Position numbers and translations under genes: made by a program. DNA of 64,000 nt from Antedon mediterranea (taxonomy: Eukaryota > Animalia > Echinodermata): NCBI RefSeq assembly GCF_964355755.1, contig NC_092671.1, forward strand, positions 15,996,001 to 16,060,000, given 5' to 3'. Shown piece by piece: positions 12,601 through 23,729 of this stretch. Numbering within the stretch: position 1 is the stretch's first letter; each line of letters starts with the position of its first letter. The notes beneath the pieces were generated by a model. It had not been told where the DNA came from, did no database searches, and saw nothing but the letters and a program-made list of their open reading frames with translations.

Positions 12601-15600
12601 GAGAGTGATAAGATTGTAATAGTGATGACGAAAAGGGTGACTATAATGAAGAGAGTGATAAGATTGTAATAGTGATGACGAAAAGGATGACTATAATGAA
12701 GAGAGTGACAAGATTGTAATAGTGATGACGAAAAGGATGAATATAAAGAAGAGAGTGATAAGATTGTAATAGTGATGACAAAAAGGGTGACTATAATGAA
12801 GAGAGTGATAAGATTGTAATAGTGATGACAAAAACGATGACTATAATGAAGATAGTGATAAGATTGTAATAGTGATGACGAAAAGGATGAATATAAAGAA
12901 GAGTGTGATAAGATTGTAATAGTGATGACGAAAAGGATGAATATAAAGAAGAGAGTGACAAGATTGTAATAGTGATGACGAAAAGGATGACTATAATGAA
13001 GAGAGTGATAAGATTGTAATAGTGATGACGTAAAGGATGGATATAAAGAAGAGAGTGACAAGATTGTAATAGTGAGGACGAAAAGGATGAATATAAAGAA
13101 GAGAGTGATAAGATTGTAATAGTGATGACGAAAAGGATGACTATAATGAAGAGAGTGATAAGATTGTAATAGTGATGACAAAAACGATGACTATAATGAA
13201 GATAGTGATAAGATTGTAATAGTGATGACGAAAAGGATGAATATAAAGAAGAGTGTGATAAGATTGTAATAGTGATGACGAAAAGGATGAATATAAAGAA
13301 GAGAGTGATAAGATTGTAAAAGTGATGACGAAAAGGATGGATATAAAGAAGAGAGTGATAAGATTGTAATAGTGATGACGACAAGGATGACTATAATGAA
13401 GAGAGTGATAAGATTGTAATAGTGATGACGACAAGGATGACTATAATGAAGATAGTGATAAGATTGTAATAGTGATGACGTAAAGGATGAATATAAAGAA
13501 GAGAGTGACAAGATTGTAATAGTGATGACAAAAACGATGACTATAATGAATAGAGTGATAAGATTGTAATAGTGATGACGTAAAGGATGAATATAAAAAA
13601 GAGAGTGACAAGATTGTAATAGTGATGACGACAAGGATGACTATAATGAAGAGAGTGATAAGATTGTAATAGTGATGACGTAAAGGATGAATATAAAGAA
13701 GAGAGTGACAAGATTGTAAAAGTGATGACGAAAAGGATGACTATAATAAAGAGAGTGACAAGATTGTAATAGTGATGACGAAAAGGATGAATATAATGAA
13801 AAGAGTGATAAGATTGTAATAGTGATGACAAAAAGGATGACTATAATGAAGAGGGTGATAAGACTCAACTTGTGAAAATGCAACTTCCTTTATTTTTTAT
13901 TTTGAAAAATAAAACACTTTTTGCAACTGATTCCAATAATCCCGGAATAGATGGATGATAAAATATTGTTATGATTTTACTGATTATAACACCCTGTCTG
14001 TGTCAATGTAATAATGATGCCTTTATGGATGGAAATGTTTCGACAGTTCATGAGCTTTCTTTACATGATCTATTCTCTATCGAAGTTAAATAGCGGACTA
14101 TCAGAGTTCCATTTCGGTTCAGTTGGTTCTTAAACCTATCGAAGATAGTTACACACCTCTGAAACCCATCGGAGTATCAGAGGCGAATCGGATATCAGAG
14201 GCGAATCGGAGTTACATCGAGGTTAACGAAACCAAGTTACCGGTAACGAGTTAACTCAAGTGCGTGTAAACACTATGGATGTGTGCAGTTTGACCACATG
14301 CATTTCGAAACAGCTGAAGTGATGACGAAAAGGATGACTATAATAAAAACAGTGATAATATTTTAATAGTGATGACGAAAAGGATGAATATAATAAAGAG
14401 AGTGATAAGATTGTAATAGTGATGACAAAAAGGATGACTATAATGAAGAGAGTGATAAGATTGTAATAGTGATGACGAAAAGGATGACTATAATGAAGAG
14501 AGTGACAAGATTGTAATAGTGATGACAAAAAGGATGACTATAATGAAGAGGGTGATAAGATTGTAATAGTGATGACGAAAAGGATGACTATAATAAAGAG
14601 GGTGATAAGATTGTAATAGTGATGACGAAAAGGATGACTATAATGAAGAGGGTGATAAGATTGTAATAGTGATGACGAAAAGGATGACTATAATGAAGAG
14701 GGTGATAAGATTGTAATAGTGATGACGAAAAGGATGACTATAATGAAGAGGGTGATAAGATTGTAATAGTGATGACGAAAAGGATGACTATAATGAAGAG
14801 AGTGACAAGATTGTAATAGTGATGACAAAAAGGATGACTATAATGAAGAGAGTGACAAGATTGTAATAGTGATGACAAAAACGATGGCCATAATGAAGAG
14901 AGTGATAAGATTGTAATAGTGATGACGAAAAAGATGAATATAAAGAAGAGAGTGATAAGATTGTAATAGTGATGACGAAAACGAGGAATATAAAGAAGAT
15001 AGTGATACGATTGTAATAGTGATGACGAAAACGAGGAATATAAAGAAGATAGTGATAAGATTGTAATAGTGATGACGAAAAGGATGAATATAATAAAAAC
15101 AGTGATAATATTTTAATAGTGATACATTGGTTGTATTTCTCTTTTAGAACCGACCACGTGTCCACCAGTTTGTGATATATACTGTGAGTTTGGAAATGTT
15201 CTCGACGAAAATGGTTGCCCCACCTGCGTATGCGAACCAAGTTAGTATAAATGATGATAATTATAAAAATAATACCAATAAATTATGAAAAGTGTTAATG
15301 TGTAATTAGGATAGCAGTGGTATGATATGGAACTTTAATATTTCAGAACCGACGTGTCCTCCTTTATGCGAGAAATTCTGTTTGTATGGAAATGTTCTCG
15401 ATGAAAACGGTTGTCCAATATGCACATGCAAACCAAGTGAGTTTACACGACCATACTAATTACCATAATCTATGATATTATACTTACTTCAAAGAATAAT
15501 TGATGATAATGGTGCCGTGCTTTTCCATTCTTAGAGCCATGTCCTCCCGTTTGTGCAATATTCTGTGAGTTTGGAAACGTTCCCGATGAAAACGGTTGTC

Positions 15601-18600
15601 CCACATGTTTATGCAGACCAGGTGAGCAGGCCTAAGCTAATTTTAATTAAAAACACATTACACGGTCCACAGACTCCTACTTGTGAAAATGCAACTTCCT
15701 TTATTTTTTATTTTGAAAAATAAAACACTTTTTGCAACTGATTCCAATAATCCCGGAATAGATGGATGATAAAATATTGTTATGGTTTTACTGATTATAA
15801 CACCCTGTCTGTGTCAATGTAATAATGATGCCTTTATGGATGGAAATGTTTCGACAGTTCATGAGCTTTCTTTACATGATCTATTCTCTATCGAAGTTAA
15901 ATAGCGGACTATCAGAGTTCCATTTCGGTTCAGTTGGTTCTTAAACCTATCGAAGATAGTTACACACCTCTGAAACCCATCGGAGTATCAGAGGCGAATC
16001 GGATATCAGAGGCGAATCGGAGTTACATCGAGGTTAACGAAACCAAGTTACCGGTAACGAGTTAACTCAAGTGCGTGTAAACACTATGGATGTGTGCAGT
16101 TTAACCACATGCATTTCGAAACAGCTGAAGGTCAGGTCTTCGGTGGTGTGAACCTGTGAATCTTCCAAGCCAAAAGAGCCGAAAAAGAGATATCACCCAG
16201 ATAAATCTTCACCCATGAATCCTGCGGCTACAAGCGCCTCACTCTTGTTTATTCTGTAACTTTATTATCTATAAACCTGTATTTACACGCACTAGAATTA
16301 ACTCTGTTCTATTGTATACATGCTTAGGCTACTGCTCATCATATCCGAGTTACATCCGAGGTAAGTGGCCGTGCGATCAGTTAACTCTCTTACCTCCTCG
16401 TCGTTAACCGCGATATAACTCCGATGTAGCAGCTCTGTTTTGGGGTTAAAAATTACTTCTATATTCCCACCTCCACCTGTTTCGTTTACGTAAAATTAAA
16501 ATAAGATTGTTGGGCGTTTAGGCATACACTATCATAGGTTTGTTATAATTAACTTTCGCTCATTCATGCTATATAAGTACATTTATTTGTTTGGAGAAAA
16601 CATCATCCACTGTTCGACATTTGTATAGTTGTGCTAATATCAAAATAACACACCAGGAAATTTTCACAAAATAATTTGCTTTATGTGCAAGATATGTTTT
16701 ATATATTAAACAGCTCCTCTGATTGGTAGACCCTGTGCACCAGGAACACCCGGATGTGAAAATGGTGGTACGTGCGTACCAAACCCAGACGACAGTGGAT
16801 TTACGTGTGAATGTCCTAAATTATACTACGGAGAAATTTGTGAAAATGGTTTGTTTCTTCTTAAATATATAATTTAAAACAATTACAAATAAAGTTTAAA
16901 ACAAGATTGTGCAGACTGATTCCAATAATATACTAATAATGTGTTAATAATGTTCTTATTTCTATTCTAACAGCCTGCCCGTCTTTGTGCAAAAAATTGT
17001 GCCCTTATGGAAACGTTCTAGACGAAAACAACTGCCCAATTTGCGAGTGTAAACCAAGTAGGTTCAGTTATTATTTATACAATATAAAGTAAGGGTTGCG
17101 GTACACTAAGTTTCCAAAATGAAATACACGTCTCCACGTTTCAATTACAATCGTTCTTATGAATTAAAGAAGACGATTGCTACACAACCCAATCTCAAAG
17201 GCATTCACAACGTTTTAACTTGTTAATGTCCAATCGTTATGCAAACCTTTAGACAATCTTAATACAATAGTATAAACTAAAAAAACATTGATGTGACCAA
17301 CTGTCTTACCGGCAATATACTATAGTATATCTTAATATCAGGTATGGATATATTATGATCCATGTGTTAATCATTAATAAAACTGAAATTTTACCGGTGG
17401 AGAGAAAACAAAACAACGTTACAATATTTCAATAAAATGCTATAATCTCTATAAATTATAGTCAATTTTTCGTAACATAAAAAGTACTGTATATGACAAG
17501 ATACATGTTTTGTTTCCTTAGATCCCGCTTGTCCAATCCTTACATGTTTCAAATGTCCATACGGATTTGTGGAAGACAACAATGGCTGCATGACGTGCAT
17601 TTGTAAACCAAATCCAATTCCAGGTAATATACAATATAGTATTTACTAACATTATTTTCACTATTCAACAAAGGGCCAAACCACAAAAAACAACCCGTAA
17701 TATAACTAGATTTGATACTCGTCAACAACTGTAATACTTTTGTCGTTTTGTCCTGTACACATTATATTTTAGGAACAAATGTTTATTTTCATAAATGCGC
17801 AAAAAGTGACGCAGTAACAGACAACATATACAATTGGGCATCTCAATGACTATGATTAATTATGAATTGTTTTTTTTTTCTTAGACCCTGTTATTTGTCC
17901 CCTGTACAAATGTCTCCCATGTTCATTTGGTTATGAGTTGGATTCAGACGGCTGTCAGACATGCAAGTGCAAAACAGATCCAGGTAAGATAAGAATTAAT
18001 TACCTAGGCGTATTCAATTTGTTTTCTTTTGAAATTATTTCATCCATATCAAAAAAAATCTAATAGAAAGAAAAGGAAAAAACAAATTTGCATCATTTAG
18101 AAAACTCTAAAGCTGAAATATATAGAATACTTCTTCGTCTACAATATATCACATTGCAAACACAGATGCCAAGAATATTCAAAATACGTTGCATAAAACT
18201 ATCAATAGATTTTCGCATATTCTCATTAAAAGAAGGGATGCCATGTTCAATAAACATACAGGCACTACTGCTTCTTGAGATATTCAGTATACAGCGCAGA
18301 ACATTATTGTAGCATACATTAAGTGATCTAATAGTCTTATTAATATAGTCACACCAAATGGCAGCACAATACAGATTATTACAATATGATCTAAAGGGGC
18401 AACATTTAACATTAGTAGAGCATTTCATAAATTTGCGATTGAGTGAGTTGCTTCTAATACACAAAGACCCGTACTATACCTTCAAATATCGGCCTCATCC
18501 CTGCATATATTATATACAAACACTATGTTACCCTTTTGTGCTAAATCAACTATATACTACTTTATATAAACAGGCCCTGTGATTGGTAGACCCTGTGCTC

Positions 18601-21600
18601 CAGGAACACCCGGATGTGAAAATGGCGGGACATGCGTACCAAACCCAGACGACAGTGGATTTACGTGTGAATGTCCTAAATTATACTACGGAGAAATTTG
18701 CGAAAATGGTTTGTAGTTTGTATGTTTTAAATGAATTTATAACAAAAGTTCGTTCGATAATCTAAATATAGAAAGAAAAAAAAATATGATGAAAATGGAG
18801 TTGTGAGTTGATGACAAAGATGGTTGTTGAGAATGATGATAATACGTTGATGCGTCGATGTCGACGTCACTGTTGGTACGGATGATGAGTTGAGATTGAG
18901 AATGATGACGCTGATGATAATAATAATAATATAGTTGATATAGGAATGATAATGATGATGAAGATAACAATGATATAGTTGATAAAGAATGATAATGATG
19001 CTGTTGAGCATGATGACGATCTTTTTGGTGTTAAAATAAATATTACTTTTGTTTTTATTCTGATTATATACAGCCTGTCCGCCTTTGTGCAAGAAATTGT
19101 GCCCTTATGGAAACGTTCTAGACGAAAACAACTGTCCAATTTGCGAGTGTAAACCAAGTAGGTTCAGTTATTATACAAAATAGTAGATTTTATGTATAGT
19201 ATTAATTTAATAGTATGGGTCCGGCTTACAGCATGGAGGGAATATATATATATATATTGCACTGATGAAGGGCTAGTGTTGCCCGAAAGCTCTGCTAACT
19301 TTTCTGGCTGTTTTACTTCTCGTTTTGATTTAGCTTTTTGCTTTTATTTTGTATCTCCATTGAGATCCAGCCACTGATACCCACAGCATTGTCATTTTGT
19401 CAGTAATTTGCCTTTGGATTTATATATATATATATATATATATATTCCATGCTTACAGTAATATACGTAAAAACAAGTAAAGTACATCATCAGAAACACA
19501 GGTAATATACACATGAGAGTAAAAATAAATAATAACCCATTAATAGACTTTAATCTTCATATCAAGATAATGCATTCATACGTAAACATATAGACACACA
19601 TAGTAAGACTGTAAATAAACACATTGATGTGACCCTAGCCTGTGGAACATACTTATCGGTATGAATATGGTCCACGTCCTTATCACTAATCGAACTGAAA
19701 CTGAACCGGCAGAGAACACAAACATTGCAATAATATACTGTTTAAAAATCTCTATAAATTATGCAATTATATAACAAGTAGTACAAGACATGATACATGT
19801 TCTGTTTCCTTAGATCCCGCTTGTTCAATCCACACATGTTTCAAATGTCCATATGGATTTGTGGAAGACAACAATGGCTGCATGACGTGCATTTGTAAAC
19901 CAAATCCAAGTAAGTCCAGTACATTGACAACGTATCATCCACTAATTAACAAATAAAAAGGGTTACACAATGAAACCATAGAATAGGTTTACTATTAACT
20001 GGTCCTCTAGTAAACCCAGAACTATAATAATAATTGCTTAATAATGTTATATAGACAAGATAAAGGGGAAAGTACGATCACAAATCATATATAGTAAACT
20101 CAGAATCGTCTTCGTCGTCGTCAAAGCAAACTATGATAACAGCGTGGCTTCTCTAACAGTATTCTGAAACCTTCTCCTGTCTTCTGCCATCCTACTTGCT
20201 TGCTCCATAGAGCCAAACACATCTGCTATAATCTTCTTCCATCTTGGTCTTCCTCTTTTTCTCTTCCCTGGAATGTAAGCCTCCAAATTCTCTTCTCCAT
20301 TCCATCTTGTCGTTTAATGTGACCAAAGTAGCACAATTTCTGCTTTCTAACATAGTAAATGCGCAATATGGAATATGTTGTGTAAGAACAACACCACGTT
20401 CTTTAATGACTACCATTAATAAATGATTCATCTAGGAATTTTTTCCCCTCAGACCCTGTTATTTGTCCCGTGTGTGAGTACCAATGTCCATTTGGACATG
20501 AGTTAGATTCAGACGGTTGTAAGACTTGTCGATGCAAACCAAACCCAGGTAAGATTCACCAAAACTAATATACACGTAACCAAATCCGATACAAATCAAA
20601 CGGGTGTCACAAAAACTAACACTACGGTTACAATATGTGATAGGAGCCAAAAAATAGCTTTCGGTAATCGAAGTTTGACTCCTGTAATCTATCCTTATAA
20701 CTTCCAACCCGTGAAATTGGCTCAAATGGCAATCGATACAAAACGTTCCTGCGAATTTGGTTATCCGCAGCTGCTTAATCTATATCTAAGGAGTATATTA
20801 TTATTAAGCTACATTTTACACTTGTTCCATTTCACGGAACGGAAGACGGGATCGTTAAATTCTTGATAAATTTCCCATTATTTAATAAACGACGCCGCCT
20901 TGTGTGAATGCAGCTTTATTCAGTGAATATAAATTTTATTTTATAATACAGATCGTTGTCCTGGATCCAATGTTCCTACAGCTGATTGTAAGAATCCCTG
21001 CAAAGGGACGCGATGTCTCCTCGATGATTCTGCCATATGTGTGTAAGTAAAACTATAAAACTCGATGATGACGACAAAATGACCGCGAGAAAACACTGAC
21101 AAATAAAACTGTTGGCATTAAGAAATTACGATAGATAAGCAATTTATTATGTACAAATATTATCTTTCAGGCCTAACTTTTGCGGTGGATGTCACTACGA
21201 GTATTACGATGACAGCGCTAATTTAGTAGATTGTAAAGCTGGTATGTTTTTTTATTTGTTTTTACAGATAACACCTCAATGGACACCTAAATTAAGGGGA
21301 CACTAAGCAAGAGTCCCCTTAATATAGGGTTCATTTGCATTACCTCGAGTTATTGCAGAAAATGAATGGTGCGAGAATTAATACAACATCTAAACAATTA
21401 TAATAATTCTTTATTTTTTTTAAAGGTCATCCCTGCTACGATGGGTCACATAAGTGTTCCAGTGAATCAACATGTCGACCAAAAAACCCAGACCCATCTG
21501 ACCCACATTACACATGCGAATGTCCACCACAACTCACTGGAAAATATTGCAATGAAGGTACGTGCGGATGATGATTTCAATTTAATAGTAGGCCAACAAT

Positions 21601-23729
21601 ATATACATTAAAGTATTATCAGATTGTGCAACATTAGCCCGAGAAACTTCTATAACAGATAATTATAGTTAACTATAACATCATTAGTAAAATAACATGT
21701 TTGTGCCATGTTAGGCCTCAATTAATTTTGAATCCCGCGGTTTGTTCGAGTTTGGATAATAGGAGCAAAGCTGGCATTGGCATAACTAACATAACATAAG
21801 ATTGTTAGATCATAATAGCGCACATGCAATATAGGCTAGGCCTTTATATATATTTTTATAAGTTTTACAGTTTTTTAATGGGAATATAAATACAATAATA
21901 ACATAGTACTTTTATATGGAATTGATGTGTGTTTGAATAAATCTTTTTTATAAATCGTAATTGTATCTATGTATGATGTAACTGTGAACGTTTTGTTTGT
22001 TTTACCATATTTCTGTCTAGAAAAACAATTTTTCTAAGTACACATTTTTATATGGAAAAAAAAAAGATCTGATTTGATTTGATTGCCTAAAGCATGAACA
22101 GTTATTAATACACATGCATTTCAGAGACAATTTATACATTTTAATCCACCAGATGTTGAACTTGAAGACAGTACCTGTGAAGGCGATACGGAACTTAGCA
22201 CGTGTGCAAGTGCTTGTGGTATAACTACCTGCGAGGAAATACGACAAGGAGATATCACTTTTTGTACACAGCAGTGTGTCCTGGGATGTGTTTGCCCAAA
22301 TGGTGGCGTACTGGACAAGAATAATAGGTGTGTGGCTCAAGAAGAATGCGGCTGCATTTACAATGATGTTTACTACTCGGTAAGATATATCTCGAACGCT
22401 ATTTTAGGCCTAATGGTTTATGGTTTATTTACAAAATATGATAATAGGGACTTTACGAAACACGGCGGTTAGGGGAGGACGACGAATATATCCTGTGTTT
22501 GCTAGAGCGTAAAATATATTATATATACATTATTTCTAGTCGTATGGCAACTTTATCATCCTCAAAAAGTTAAGACGACGGAATTTCACGCTAAGCTCCA
22601 CCCACTTTGTTAAAGCTCTCACCGTCCTGTGGCTTCCCGTCGTGTTTCGTAAGTCCCTAATTTGACTTGATGTCATATCAGGGAAGAGTTAAATTATATT
22701 TTAATTGCAATTTAACTATTCCTTGTCATATGGAGGTACTATTCGTATACGTTGAATTTGTCAAGTCGTCCGACCCAATTCTAGGTTCTGGTAAAACATG
22801 CGCATTTGAACCTTTTTTTTGGCGTACTGTCGTCACGAATAAAACGAAATTATTTTGACAGAACTTCGCGGTTTTGACAAATGACGTATTGTACAATTTA
22901 TAAGTCTTGGTGTTCTATACGTCGTCGCAAATGGAAAGTATATTATTAGACATTCTGAACGAACGCTTACACACAAAATAAACATGAGTGAAGAAAATTA
23001 AATTTAAATAAAAGACTGTAACTTAAAATAACAAGATATATATATATATATTCTGGTTACTGAAAGCTGAGAGTTGTTAAACTTGCTGAAAATGGTTTCT
23101 TTTACAAATCAAACTAAATTGGGGGTCTGTTGAGCCGTGAAATGTGCAAAAAGTCATATTTTTGCAAACAACCATATTTGAGCAAACATTTGGTTCTTAA
23201 ATGTACAAACAACATTTGTGCAAACATGGCACCATCAAATGTGCAAATGTGTAAAAATGCATAATCTACCAATTGCACAAACATCACGCTGGTAATTGCA
23301 AAAACGATCAGTTTTGGCGTTAAATGTGCATAAGAAATTTTCAAAAAGTTTATTTAAAATTAAAATGATAACCTAATTCTAAATACTGCAAATGCTTAGT
23401 TATATGTAAGCCATGATGGATATGGTATTATTATCATATGATACTAAATACACAGAGAACCTATTTTTAGAATGTACAAATCAATAAAAAGATAAAGTAT
23501 AATAGGCCTAATCACTTTGAAGTTTGAAGTTGCAAAAATAGAAACGCCCGTGATTGGTTAATCTTTTAGGCTATTTATAGAAATATCTATATATAAAATG
23601 AAATGTTATCTTTTGCAGGTAAACGAATCGTACGAGGATCAAAGGCGTATCTGTGTGTGTCGTCAAAATACCCAATACGGTTCGACAACATCTATGACGT
23701 GTCAAAGAAAAAGATCAGGAAAAATATAA
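3679..23729 (+). CDS. Secreted cysteine-rich mosaic protein, ~994 aa: signal peptide, 15 antistasin-like, 4 EGF, 4 two-exon 8-Cys modules, TIL plus partial VWC/TILa
   Basis: 30 GT-AG exons in consistent phase: 3679-3754, 4838-4954, 5321-5437, 5741-5830, 6447-6534, 8125-8189, 8667-8798, 9665-9754, 10019-10106, 10381-10442, 10601-10690, 11112-11201, 11536-11623, 11919-11977, 15148-15240, 15347-15436, 15535-15621, 16714-16848, 16974-17057, 17522-17623, 17885-17983, 18574-18708, 19074-19157, 19814-19909, 20453-20548, 20952-21042, 21171-21241, 21426-21557, 22153-22379, 23619-23729 (2985 nt, no internal stops). Signal peptide [20 protein letters not shown]; antistasin pattern CPxxCxxxCxxGxxxDxxGCxxCxC; EGF CLNGGVC/CENGGTC; AATAAA ~23788. 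Confidence 0.9.
4640..4795. mobile_element. Small MITE-like inverted-repeat element
   Basis: TATTCACCAATCACACTTAAG ... CTTAAGTGTGAATGGTGAATA: ~21-bp inverted arms. Confidence 0.55.
5989..6038 (-). ncRNA. Degenerate minimal hammerhead-ribozyme-like motif
   Basis: Minus strand: CUGUU-CUGAUGA-U-GAGAA-UAGU-UUCUC-GAAA-CAC-G-GUG-UU. Core, stem II and stem III are present; stem I is disrupted. Confidence 0.45.
7803..7954. mobile_element. MITE family B (TIR ~AAGCTTGGTTC(C/T)CACTAG, internal ACGCAA repeats)
   Basis: Related copies at ~24838-24960, 32723-32904, 33064-33273 and 44500-44764. Confidence 0.75.
8830..8991. mobile_element. MITE family A (~150 bp, TIR AAGCTCTGTCTACACTATCAAACT)
   Basis: 24-bp TIRs with internal AAATATGGTAGTGATATG repeats. 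About 12 copies in the window: ~4999-5144, 8830-8991, 10908-11047, 28282-28412, 34171-34290, 37817-38112, 46987-47090, 55988-56142, 60354-60539, 61783-61891, 63498-63624, 63952-64000. Confidence 0.9.
9259..9583 (-). mobile_element. tRNA-derived SINE with Deu/Nin-like central domain
   Basis: Minus-strand head GGGTGAGTGGCCGAGCGGTTAAG (A box) ... GGTTCGAGGC (B box); core GATAAGGACTATAAACCGTAGGTCC...TTAAAGAACC...TTTCGAGACGAGTAGGG resembles the DeuSINE/Nin domain; (TCAAT/TCAA)n tail. Confidence 0.8.
11986..13862. repeat. 50-bp minisatellite, block 1 (~37 units)
   Basis: Unit GACTATAATGAAGAGAGTGATAAGATTGTAATAGTGATGACGAAAAGGAT, with variant GAATATAAAGAAGAG interspersed. Confidence 0.97.
13861..14318 (+). 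repeat. ~455-bp near-identical copy of 15671-16129 inserted in the satellite
   Basis: CTTGTGAAAATGCAACTTCC...GAAACAGCTGAAG is present at both loci with only a few differences. Confidence 0.95.
14318..15123. repeat. 50-bp minisatellite, block 2 (~16 units)
   Basis: Same unit as 11986-13862. Confidence 0.97.
15680..16668. mobile_element. Putative non-autonomous foldback/DNA transposon in intron 17
   Basis: Terminal TTGTGAAAAT...ATTTTCACAA and internal imperfect inverted repeats (CGGAGTTACATCGAGGTTAACGA ~16018-16068 vs TCGTTAACCGCGATATAACTCCG ~16378-16425). Confidence 0.5.
18093..18380 (-). mobile_element. Non-LTR retrotransposon (CR1/L2-group-like) RT C-terminal fragment
   Basis: ORF segment [10 protein letters not shown]...[13 protein letters not shown]...SSSACMF...PSF...RK resembles the post-RT tail of non-LTR elements. 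Confidence 0.6.
19257..19298 (+). ncRNA. Minimal type-I hammerhead ribozyme motif (Penelope-like fragment)
   Basis: GCA-CUGAUGA-A-GGGC-UAGUGUU-GCCC-GAAA-GC-UC-UGC: core, stem I GCA/UGC, stem II GGGC/GCCC and palindromic AGCU stem III. The host fragment ~19257-19420 lies between (TA)n runs. Confidence 0.7.
20806..20916. mobile_element. Small MITE-like element
   Basis: AAGCTACATTTTACAC ... GTGTGAATGCAGCTT imperfect TIRs. Confidence 0.45.
22445..22660. mobile_element. MITE with TIR TAGGGACTT(T)ACGAAACACG
   Basis: TAGGGACTTTACGAAACACGG ... CGTGTTTCGTAAGTCCCTA. Confidence 0.7.

Noticed and set aside
11986-15123. CRISPR-like or snoRNA C-box (GTGATGA) array
   Set aside because: Units are contiguous with no unique spacers, there are no cas genes or D boxes, and the context is a eukaryotic intron.
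12089-15240. Overlapping minus-strand ORFs ([20 protein letters not shown] repeats)
   Set aside because: They result from a stop-poor 50-bp satellite read in several frames within an intron.
18727-19157. His/Ile/Ser-rich minus-strand ORFs
   Set aside because: Degenerate (GAT/AAT)n microsatellite in an intron.
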